This document shows positions 8,059-17,595 of a stretch of 64,000 nucleotides of DNA, one piece after another. Both the position numbers and the translations under genes were made by a program. Under the pieces are notes generated by a model. The model was not told the DNA's origin. It searched no databases and worked only from the letters and a program-made list of their open reading frames with translations. Where the stretch lies: assembly GCA_963823335.1 (NCBI GenBank), contig CAWGLD010000001.1, positions 1 through 64,000 of the forward strand. Direction: 5' to 3'. Source of the DNA: an uncultured delta proteobacterium (lineage in GTDB: Bacteria > Desulfobacterota > Desulfobacteria > Desulfobacterales > B30-G6). How positions within the stretch are numbered: position 1 is the first letter of the stretch; each line of letters starts with the position of its first letter.

Positions 8059-11000
8059 TTAAAAAATGTTGAAACGGTAGGATATTTCTAAAGCAATACC
8101 CGACGTGTCCAGCTTATCGTCTGCGGAATAACCATCCTTAGGCCTGTCCGCATCGTGTTTATAAAAAGCATAGCTCAACCTGACTTCCACGTTCCCTTTC
8201 TGGAACCCTGTACCGATTGAAAACCCCATTGCGGGATCATATCCGGAAACAGGATAATCCAAATCAGCATCAATATATCGGTAGCCAATGCCTGCGAGCA
8301 CCAGTGGGCGCATGGCGCCTATCCACCTTGGGTTGTATTCTTTCGCGTAATACACACCGGAAAGAGAAAAGGTATAGCTGTTTAATGTGGAGTCGTCACC
8401 CGAGGGGGCGTTTTTTATGTTTCCGCTGTAAAAATCGTAGGCAAAGGTCAACTCCACTGAAAAATTATCTGAAACGCCATAACTCCCTCTCAAAAAAGGA
8501 TAAATAGCGCTGTCGACTTCATTGGTGATGGACTCGCCTTCATCGGAAGCTTTGACCTCAGATCCGATATATGTGTAACCAAGACCGGCATGTAAATACC
8601 ATGGTTTGCCCTTTTTGGGAGAGTCAGCGGTGGTTCCGGCGCTGCTGACTGCCGCCGGGGTATAAGCATCCTGCTTTGTTTCGAGTTTTCTTAACTCCTC
8701 CAATGTTGATTGATCTTCCTGGAGAGGTGTTGGCACGCCGACATCAGGAACGGTTTCGGCCGACTCGGACTGGGGGGGGGCCCCGGCCGCAGCACCTTCG
8801 GCGGCGTATGAATTGGAAACGAACAGGGATGCCCCCAGCAGGATCGCTGTTACAAGCATCAGCATGCTAAGGCGATGACGTACAAAACGATTCAGGGAAA
8901 AGATAGAGACAACAGCCAGAAAAAAAAAACCGATACCTCTTGTCGGATTCGATGGCCTCCCTTCTGATCGTGTGGTCTCGATAAAACAGCCACCGCCGCC
9001 ACCATACGAGCTATCATCACCCCCCGCCGAAGAACCCGGTGGTTCTGTAACGAAAGAATCATCGAGACCATAGTCGGTACCTGCGTCATTGGTAGCATAG
9101 GCACTCACATAATAGGTGGTCTCGGGCAAAAGACCTGTCATCCTATACTTAAATACATAAGGCACAGCACCTGAATAGGGCCCCATAGATCTACAGTCAT
9201 CATTATCGTCTAAGGTTGGCCCTGGATTTGTGCTCCAGCAAAACCCATGATCATCGGGTGAGGGTTCTCCCAAGTCTGTAATACTGCCATTCGCCGTTGC
9301 CTTTGTATCGCTGATAAGACTGACGGCAAAGGTGGTCACCGTAGGTTCTATAAAAGTGGTAAAAACAACTTCACTACCATAAACAGTTGTTAGGGCGTTT
9401 GTGGCATAGGCCCGCACGTAATAGGTCGTTCCAGGCGACAAGCCTGTCAAATCCGAAGTGAACGTACCCTCTGCCGGCACCCCTTCCTTCGTAAGGCTGT
9501 CAGCGGTGGTGGGAGGCCTGCCACGATCTGTCCCGGTGGTGTTCCAGCAGATGCCGTGCTGTGTGGCAGCGGGTGCCCCCAGGTTCGTGATCTCGCCCCC
9601 GCCTGTTGCGGATGTTTGGTCGATATCGGTTACTTCATCCGTTCCCACGGCCATGGCATCCGGGTCGGACCTAAATGGTTGTGTCGACCCATAGACTGTG
9701 CCGGCACTATTGGTCGCATATGCCCGCACATTATAATTCCTGAAAGGTACAAGGGGGCTGATGACGGATTCAAACGGATGAGGAACCTGGCCGAGGTAGG
9801 CGCCTAACCTTGATATGCCGTCATTGTTATTGATGGTCGGGATTGTTGGCGCTCCGCTCCAGCAAATCCCATGTTGCGTTAAAGTAGGTATACCCCGATC
9901 GGTAATGGTACCGTGTCCAATAGCATCATCTTTGGTTACATCGCTCACCGCCTGGGTCGTCACCACAGGGAGTTTCGGCAACGTTGTAAAGGTCAACTGA
10001 TCGCCGTAGACCGTAGCGACATCGTTGGTGGCATAGGCTCGGATATAGTACCTGGTATCCGGTGTAAGCCCGTTGATATTGCTTGTAAATACGTCAGCCG
10101 AGCCAGCAGCCCCCTCATCGGTAGAATCAAGACTTTGGGCAAGTGTCGAAAATGGAATCGTATTCCAGCAAACACCGTGCTCCGTGGGATTGGGCGCACC
10201 AAGAACGTCAAAGTCGCCACGTCCCAAAGCAGTGGTCGTACCGATATTGATCACTGACAGTGTCGACACTTCCGGTGCTTGTTGCTCTGTTCTGAAAGAC
10301 ACCTGGTTTCCGTATGATGTCCCGCCAGCATTGGTGGCGTAGGCACGCACATAGTAAGTTGTATTGGGTGAAAGACCGGTAATATTCGCTGTAAAGGCAC
10401 CCGTGACGTACGCCGCACCCTTATCCGTAGAACTATCGGCAGTCGTTGGTGTCCCGCCGGTATTCCAGCAAACTCCGTGCGCCGTGGGGTTCGGCACCCC
10501 CAGACTGGTGATATTACCGTTACCGGTGGCCGTAGAGATGGTTATGCTCGTTACTGCCTGGGTCGTCACTGTCGGTGGCTGCTGGTTCGTAGTAAACGAC
10601 ACCTGACCTCCGTATGATGTCCCGGCCGTGTTGGTGACATAAGCCCGCACATAGTAAATCGTATTGGGTGAAAGACCGGTAATGTTCGCTGTAAAGGCAC
10701 CCGTGACGGACGCTAGCACCCTCATCCGTAAGGCTATCACCAATCGTCGGTGTTCGGCCGGTATTCCAGCACACACCGTGCGCCGTGGGATTCGGCACCC
10801 CCAGACTGGTGATATTGCCGTTGCCGGTGGCCGTGGTGGCGGTAAGGTCGCTAACTGCCTGGGTTGTAACCGTGGGCGCCTGCGCTAAGGTCTTAAACGA
10901 CACTTGGTTGCCGTATGATGTATCGCCCCCGTTGGTAGTGGCATAAGCCCGCACAAAATAAGTCGTATTGGGTGAAAGACCGGTAATATTCGATGTAAAG

Positions 11001-11275
11001 GCACCTGTGATGGACGTGAACCCTCATCCGTAAGACTGATCACCAATCGTCGGTGTTCCGCCGGTATTCCAGCAAACACCGTGCGCCGTCGGATTCGGCG
11101 GTGCTGCTCCCAGATCGGTGATATCGCCGTTGCCGGTGGCCGTCGTTGTGGTGATGTCGCTCACATTTTGGGTTGTTACTGTCAGAGTTTGCGCCAAAGC
11201 CGTATACGGTATCAGCAGAAAAAACAGAAATAAAAAAAGTAGAATGGCAAATTTATGTGATATTTTCAGTTTCAT
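8059..11275 (-). CDS. Surface protein: signal peptide, 7 FN3-like repeats, GGGGGCFIET, TM, second signal peptide, OM beta-barrel (frameshifts in the 5' repeats)
   Basis: ORFs 11024-11275, 10520-10954 and 8059-10776 join into one gene; repeat signature HGVCW..YYVRAYATN..YG; ends EISYRFNIF. Confidence 0.8.
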
Positions 11276-11625
11276 AAACCCTCATCATTATTTAATGACC
11301 GTCCCTGTGCAAGGGTTGGCATACAGACCTTGTTTCAAGTTTAGGACTAAGATAATATGGTTCGATCAACACCTAAAATTAAAAATAAACGCTTGCTATA
11401 TATGATGAATCCAATCATTCTCCGTGACAACCGTTCCATCATTCCAGCAAAAATAATTGTGCGAACACGACACATTCTTATCTCTACAATAATTTCAATG
11501 ACTTATAAACGAATGTATATAAATATCACAAAATCGTGCATTTGACTACCCATATTATTATGGCAAACGATTACCTAATTTACAGCACAAAATTACCTAA
11601 TTGCATGGCATTAACATATTTAATG

Positions 11626-11690
11626 ATGTAGCGCAGAGCTTCAGCTCTGCTGGTACACCATTTTGGCAGGTCTGAAGACCTGCGCTACAT
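11626..11690. repeat. REPIN-like inverted pair of GTAG-type REP palindromes
   Basis: GTAGCGCAGAGCTTCAGCTCTGC...GCAGGTCTGAAGACCTGCGCTAC; second copy inverted at 13708-13768. Confidence 0.7.
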
Positions 11691-11736
11691 TACATAACGC
11701 TGCGTACTATCTCAAGTTAATGACAGTGAATATGGA

Positions 11737-12895
11737 TCATCGCTTGCGCCGTTTGAAATATAAAAATGCCAAAACAACAGCGGAAAAAATAATCACGCCA
11801 TGCATTAACACCATGTTGGCGGTGTTCAATGTCTCTGATAAAACATAACCCATAATCATCTCCACCAATACCAGCAGATCCGTCCGGATTGTTTACAGTT
11901 TTGAATGACACTTCATTGCCATAGGATGTGCCGGCTGTATTGGTCGCATACGCATTTACATAATAGGTCATGTCTGGTAAAAGCTCTGTTAGGACAAATG
12001 AGAAAGGCCCGGTCTCATTAGCTTCTCCCTGCTCAGTTATATAGTCACCCAGGTCAGGCATGCCGGTTGTGTTCCAGCAAAAACCATGCTGAGTCGGGTT
12101 AGGTGAGCCGACATCTATAATCGTTCCATTCATCGTGGCACTGATGCTGCTTATATCGTCAATGTCCTTTGTGCTTACAATGGGTGGAGAAGAGCTTGTC
12201 GAAAACGTCACCACGTTTCCGTAAGCGGTGCCTTCATCGTTGGTGGCATACGCCCGGACAAAATATTTCCGGTTGCTTTTGAGGCCTTTGATCTCGGAGG
12301 TAAACGGGCCGGTTACATAAAGCGCGCCCTCCTCGGTTCTTTTGTCATCGATGGTCGGAGAACCATCCTCGTTCCAGCAAACGCCATGTTGTGTGGGATT
12401 AGATATGCCCAGATCTTCCACGGTGCCATGACCCAGGGCCGATTTTGACTTGATGTCCGTTACGGGTTGGGTCGTCACCGTTGGGATGAACCTCGTTGTG
12501 GTAAATTCCAGCACATCGCCGTAAGATATGGCTCCCCACCATTCCCTGGCATAGGCCCTGACAAAATAGATTGTCCCGGGCTCCAGACCGGACATATCAG
12601 AAGAGAAATTAACAGCATTCCTTAAGGGCCCTTCGGCCTCGTTGGTACTGTTATCTTCTTCCAGATTGGGATCACCCGTGGTATCCCAGCAAACCCCGTA
12701 TGCGGTAACATAAATTGGATTCGAAACAACACCGTTGCCCGTGGCATTATTATATGAAATATTTGTAACATTTTGCGTTATGGCGGTGGCTGCGGAGGCC
12801 GGATTTTGAAGGACAAGGAGCAGCAACAGCGACATCACACAGTAACTAATTGTTTTTATATTCATTTTTAACTTTATCAATCCCATTCTTGGCAT
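11737..12895 (-). CDS. Exported protein with 3 FN3-like repeats and a CFI-TM-basic sorting tail (one extra base near 11836)
   Basis: ORF 11717-12895; removing one base after CFI gives CFIETLNTANMVLMHGVIIFSAVVLAFLYFKRRKR* with stop at 11737. Confidence 0.75.
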
Positions 12896-12903
12896 ACTTT
12901 CTT

Positions 12904-12939
12904 TAGGATCTTCTCCCCATTTGGGAGAAAGGGTTCAAG
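12904..12939 (-). mobile_element. Isolated right end of the four-helix-bundle cassette
   Basis: taggatcttctcccc-atttgggagaaagggttcaag matches 35360-35400. Confidence 0.6.
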
Positions 12940-13027
12940 AAATGCGCGAATATCACTTGTTTTTGCAAAGGGTTTGTCCGCCGGCAGCACGACGTGTTTA
13001 ATCAGTATCTTCAATCACTGACAACCA

Positions 13028-13043
13028 TACAAGAAACATGCCA
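13028..13043 (-). promoter_or_regulatory. Probable sigma-54 promoter of the FN3 genes
   Basis: TGGCAT-GTTTC-TTGTA (-12 element has GT instead of GC). Confidence 0.5.
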
Positions 13044-13274
13044 CATAAGTTCGCTTTACGAATTTATGTCTCGCGATGCTCTCGCTGTTGCGGGTCAGAT
13101 ATAAACAATTGACAAATAGGACGGTTTCACATAACTATCAACACGTAGAATACATTGAAGAAACTCGCAGCCCCGACAAGTCGGGATTTCCGCTTTGCTT
13201 CAACAAGCCACGGGGAATGCGCAGGCAATTGCAGTTCAATAAGCCTTCAGGCAATCTAAGCACGGTTTAATAAA

Positions 13275-13637
13275 ATGAAAATTAAAGCACTGTTCATCGT
13301 TATCGTGTCAGTCCTGCTGATAAGTTGTTCGTCCACACCCGAAAAAGCACCTGATGTGGAGTTGTCCGAGCAGGCATTCGAAGCAATCTCTGCGGGTGAT
13401 TATGAAAAAGCCGAAGCGCTTCTGGAAGTTGCGCTGTCTATTAACCCCGACAACCCTTACGCACTTCTCAACCTGGGTGTGGTGTATCAAAATACCGGAA
13501 GGATTGAAAAGGCCCGCGAACAGTATGTAAAGATAATTCTTCTGGACGTCAAAGAAACGGTGGTGAGAAGCAATGTGAGGAGCATGGAAGGCAAGTCGTT
13601 GGTCGATATCGCCAAAGAAAATCTAGAAAATATGTAA
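13275..13637 (+). CDS. TPR lipoprotein
   Basis: Lipobox LLIS-C; TPR NPYALLNLGVVY. Confidence 0.8.
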   Translation: MKIKALFIVIVSVLLISCSSTPEKAPDVELSEQAFEAISAGDYEKAEALLEVALSINPDNPYALLNLGVVYQNTGRIEKAREQYVKIILLDVKETVVRSNVRSMEGKSLVDIAKENLENM

Positions 13638-13707
13638 CCGAACCCACCCCTGTCGGTGATCAGAAGTCAATGCCATCAACTTAAAGTGACTCCCAGTTCC
13701 ATATAAT

Positions 13708-13768
13708 GTAGCGCAGGTCTTTAGACCTGCAACAAAGGTTTACCAGCAGAGCTGAAGCTCTGCGCTAC
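13708..13768. repeat. REPIN-like element, copy 2
   Basis: Inverted relative to 11626-11690. Confidence 0.7.
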
Positions 13769-13851
13769 GAGACCTTTGCAAAACGCCCTCTTTCGGTTCA
13801 AGTTAGTGGTATTGGCTTAGAAATGTTAGCAGGGAGAGCCGGGAAGGGGTA

Positions 13852-14091
13852 TCACTTTCTTCGTATGATGAGCAGACCAACCAAACCCGTTCCTAATAAA
13901 AAACCAAGGGTTATTAATTGTCGCTGGTCTATCCGTGCAGATTCCCGGGAGTCATAAGAAATCAAACTGTTAGACAAGGGCTGTGACGTGACGCTCGACG
14001 TGTCCAGATAGTCGTTATCGATCTTTGCCGCATTACCTATCAGGCCGACAAAAACAATTAAAAGAAATACTATGATAAAGAGTTTTTTCAT
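13852..14091 (-). CDS. 79-aa membrane protein with a PEP-CTERM-like TM/basic tail
   Basis: N-terminal signal-like helix; C-terminus FLLGTGLVGLLIIRRK. Confidence 0.65.
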   Translation of the reverse strand: MKKLFIIVFLLIVFVGLIGNAAKIDNDYLDTSSVTSQPLSNSLISYDSRESARIDQRQLITLGFLLGTGLVGLLIIRRK

Positions 14092-14206
14092 TATATGCCA
14101 TCATATATGCGTATATCATACCGCCCAACAGGCGTGGATGATCCGTCACTTACCCCAATAACAATCGTGAATCGACACCGCGGCAATCCCGCTTGACTAT
14201 TTAACA

Positions 14207-14222
14207 TGCACAACCGATGCCA
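14207..14222 (-). promoter_or_regulatory. Sigma-54 promoter
   Basis: TGGCATCGGTTGTGCA (GG-N10-GC), about 115 bp upstream of the start at 14091. Confidence 0.6.
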
Positions 14223-14528
14223 TATCTATATTTTTTCCCATCTAATTGACTTTATAGACAATTTAAACCAAGAACCATCTCTCCTTTTCGCAAATTTATG
14301 TTGATTATGAAATATGTGTCCTATTTATTAGGTAATTAATTACACAAAAGGAATTGGGTCTCTTTATGATTCGCTGCCCAACCCCGCGGCATGCGAAGCG
14401 CTGCCGCAGGCAGAATCCACAAGGAATGCGCTCACTGTTGCGGTTCAGCTTCAAGCATGATCTTTATAACGACAAGAGAGAAACGTTCACCCTGAAAAAT
14501 TGAAATCGAGATCTCGGCAAACCCCCTC

Positions 14529-15515
14529 CTAACGATTTTTCCTTTTTGTGAAAAATTTCTCCCGGTACTCGGGGACCAGTTTCATGGGCGGCCGCTCGTG
14601 CTGTTCCAGTGGGCGAATGTCCGATCTGATCTGATTTTGAAAAAGACTGTATTGAATCATTTCATCGAAAAGATCCTGGCGAATAGCAATTCCCCCCTGT
14701 CGTGCCATGCGATTCAAAAATGTCCTGATGATCACGAAGGCCATCCGGCCCAGCGCCTTGGTATCCTGATTTTTGTGAACCCGCCGGTCCAGGTCTACCT
14801 GGGCCATGACATCAAGACCCCATTTTTCATGGATATCCATGAGCATACCGGTTTCCACGCCGTAACCGATCTGAAAGGGGATGCTTTCAAACACACTGCG
14901 ATACCCTGCGTATTCTCCCGAAAGCGGCTGTAGAATCTGGGTCAGGTCCGGCATAAAAAGCGAAAAAAGAGGCCGGGTCACCAGTTCCGTCACCCGACCG
15001 CCTCCGGTGGGACGCAGCTTGTTATCCCCCAATGAGATGGGGCGGTCGTAAAAAGCCTTGGTAAAACGGATTCTATCTGTAAGCAGAAGCGGCCCCAGCA
15101 GTCCGTAAGCAAAGCGATGGTGGATATTCTTGATGTCCGCATCAATGTAAACAATGATATCACCGTGAGTCACATGGAGCGCCTTCCACAGATTTTCCCC
15201 TTTGCCTTTGAATTTCTCGAGATGCGGCAGGATATTGTTGGCCTCATGCACGTCTACGTCGAAAGAGCGGGCTATGTCGCGGGTTTGATCCGTGGATCCG
15301 GAATCGATCACCACGATCTCGTCCAACAGGGGATAGCGGATCATGAGTTCCGATTTCATGATGATGATCTCTTTGGCAATCGTTTTTTCCTCGTTCAAGG
15401 TGGGAAAGCACAAAGATATGGTGACCTTTTTGCGTTGCTTCTCCGCCACCAGACGGCCAATCTTCTTGAAGGCTGAATGGTGGAATGTGTTTGATTTGAT
15501 CCATTTTCTATTCAT
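14529..15515 (-). CDS. gpgS: Glucosyl-3-phosphoglycerate synthase
   Basis: PTLNEE, IDSGSTD, GKGENLWKA, DADI, GGRVTELV.RP, QPLSGEYA, GYGVE. Confidence 0.85.
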   Translation of the reverse strand: MNRKWIKSNTFHHSAFKKIGRLVAEKQRKKVTISLCFPTLNEEKTIAKEIIIMKSELMIRYPLLDEIVVIDSGSTDQTRDIARSFDVDVHEANNILPHLEKFKGKGENLWKALHVTHGDIIVYIDADIKNIHHRFAYGLLGPLLLTDRIRFTKAFYDRPISLGDNKLRPTGGGRVTELVTRPLFSLFMPDLTQILQPLSGEYAGYRSVFESIPFQIGYGVETGMLMDIHEKWGLDVMAQVDLDRRVHKNQDTKALGRMAFVIIRTFLNRMARQGGIAIRQDLFDEMIQYSLFQNQIRSDIRPLEQHERPPMKLVPEYREKFFTKRKNR

Positions 15516-16665
15516 CGCACACTCCGTTGTCCATAGCCATGAGCAGCGCCGGTATCTGGGCAACCCCTTTGTACATAGGCTCGATTTCGATCATGGCGTC
15601 ATTCTGGTGAAAATTGTCCCCCCAGGTAATGCCCAGGGTAATGGCCGGAATTTTCCGGTGTAGAAAAATGGACAAAGTCGTTTCACTCGGTTCGCTGAAA
15701 ATCTCCACCTCCAGGTGATTCAGTATCCGGGCTGCACACTTGATCAAAGGGTGGTTGTGGTTCAGACGGGTTGCATTCAGATTGCTGATGCGGTGGAGCT
15801 TCAGCTCCACATCAAACATTTTGTTTATCCTTTCGACAATATCCCGTATGTCAGCATAGAGCGTCCTCACCATATCATCCGAGTCGCTTCGAATCTCGAA
15901 CCCGATGTTGGCATCGTAGGCGATATTGCCGTGGTTGAACCCACCGGAAATCCTGCCGATCACAATCTGCGTCCTGGGTTTCTGGGGCAGCCCCAATCCC
16001 AGGATGGCGTTAATCACCTCGTTGATGACCAGGATGGCATTGGGCTTGTAACGTCGCCTCTCGTGATTCTCCACGGCAATACTGCAAGATATCTCACTGC
16101 GAATCATTCCGTAGGAAAAATAATTGAGCCGCCCCAGTTCGATGCTTTCCAGGCATATGGCTCCCCGGATGGGCGAAGGCCAATGGCTGAGAAGCCGGCG
16201 AATCCCTTTTTGGTTGCCCCGGCCCAGGGAAAGAATCGGCGCCACCAGTACGATATCCGATTCAAACCGCAGTTCGAGGCGTTTGAAAATCTCCGGCAGG
16301 GAGACCAGCACACCGACAGCGGCCGAATTGTCCGAAACCCCGATGCCGCTGATGATCTTGTCCGTCACCTCGTAATGCAGTTCCTCTTCCAACTCGGAAA
16401 ACGTATCTAAGTGTGCAACCACAAATAGGGGTGGTTTAGTCGAAGCGGTTCCACGGATCACCCCCATGGGGTTTCCGTAATCGTCGATGGCACAATCGTC
16501 CACCTGAAATTCCGACAGACGCTCCACTAGATGTTCTGCACGTTGTTTTTCATGAAATGTGGGTGCAGGAATCTGACCCATGAGCACGATGTTACTGATG
16601 ATAATCTCCCGGATCTCGCGGATCTTGTCCACAAATAGCGGAAGTGCATCGAGGTATTTATCCAT
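15508..16665 (-). CDS. M20/M25/M40 family metallo-hydrolase
   Basis: PAPTFHE, VVAHLDT, GVSDN, dimerisation domain; overlaps the gpgS start. Confidence 0.75.
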   Translation of the reverse strand: MDKYLDALPLFVDKIREIREIIISNIVLMGQIPAPTFHEKQRAEHLVERLSEFQVDDCAIDDYGNPMGVIRGTASTKPPLFVVAHLDTFSELEEELHYEVTDKIISGIGVSDNSAAVGVLVSLPEIFKRLELRFESDIVLVAPILSLGRGNQKGIRRLLSHWPSPIRGAICLESIELGRLNYFSYGMIRSEISCSIAVENHERRRYKPNAILVINEVINAILGLGLPQKPRTQIVIGRISGGFNHGNIAYDANIGFEIRSDSDDMVRTLYADIRDIVERINKMFDVELKLHRISNLNATRLNHNHPLIKCAARILNHLEVEIFSEPSETTLSIFLHRKIPAITLGITWGDNFHQNDAMIEIEPMYKGVAQIPALLMAMDNGVCDE

Positions 16666-16737
16666 GACATCTCCTATCCCGAACATTTCATGAAACTTGA
16701 CAAGAATCGATCATGTTTGCGAAATACCCAGGTTATG

Positions 16738-17595
16738 TTAAGAATTGTCGGTATGGGCAATCAATTGCCGCAAATCGGTGATAATCATGTCCGGCACAAG
16801 ATGCCGGCAGCAGGCATCACCGGATCTTCGCCGCAGGGAACGCTGGTCACCTGCAAACAAGGCGGCTTGAAATCCGACCGTCTTGGCCGGCAGGATATCG
16901 TTGCGCATGTCATTGCCCACATACAAAACAGAGGCCGCAGAACCCCCCCGCCGGGTAATGACATCCAGCGCCTTCTCAAACATGAAACAGGATGGTTTGG
17001 CGGATCCGAAACGATAAGAAAAAAATGTCAATTGCGGGTCAAATCCACACCTGTCCAGAGATGTACCCAGCAGGTATTCCAGCAGACGCGGGGTGTAAAA
17101 TTGTGCATTGGAGATGATTCCCATCAACAGCTCCTGACCCCGGCAAGCGGACAGCAGGTCCCCAAGTCCCGGCATGGGGTAAACCGGATTAACCGACAAT
17201 TCGTATTCCAGGGCAAAGGCTTTCACCCGGTCTGTGTCACCCGTGCCGAGCAAGGTCTGCCAGATCTGAACGATGTCGATTTCTGGATAGTCGTTCCCTT
17301 CCTGCCGAAGGCTTTTATGAACATTTTCTATGGCCCGATGCAGGTCGTCCATAAGATTTCCCGGCCTTCTGTCGATGCCATGGCGCTGCAGCACACCGGT
17401 TAGCACCTGTTTACGGTCGCTGTCCACGGCAAGGAAGTCCATTTCTCCCGACCCGCTGATCACAAGCGTACCGTACACATCGAACAGGATAACCTTCACC
17501 CGCCTCAACTTTGAAAGCCCGATGGGTGCCTCTCCCGTTGAAATCGGTCTCAGGGGATGAATGTGTCGTTCGAACACGGCATCCTCATTCCTCAT
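16738..17595 (-). CDS. HAD-superfamily phosphatase
   Basis: FDVYGTL, ISNAQ, KP, YVGNDMRND. Confidence 0.8.
   Translation of the reverse strand: MRNEDAVFERHIHPLRPISTGEAPIGLSKLRRVKVILFDVYGTLVISGSGEMDFLAVDSDRKQVLTGVLQRHGIDRRPGNLMDDLHRAIENVHKSLRQEGNDYPEIDIVQIWQTLLGTGDTDRVKAFALEYELSVNPVYPMPGLGDLLSACRGQELLMGIISNAQFYTPRLLEYLLGTSLDRCGFDPQLTFFSYRFGSAKPSCFMFEKALDVITRRGGSAASVLYVGNDMRNDILPAKTVGFQAALFAGDQRSLRRRSGDACCRHLVPDMIITDLRQLIAHTDNS

Noticed and set aside
8980-8990. Canonical long CFI-box-CTERM domain
   Set aside because: The usual CFIATA.YG...LR.FRD continuation is absent; only the short motif is shared.
8059-10776. Classical autotransporter call
   Set aside because: The barrel region is only about 180 aa and is separated from the passenger by two hydrophobic helices.
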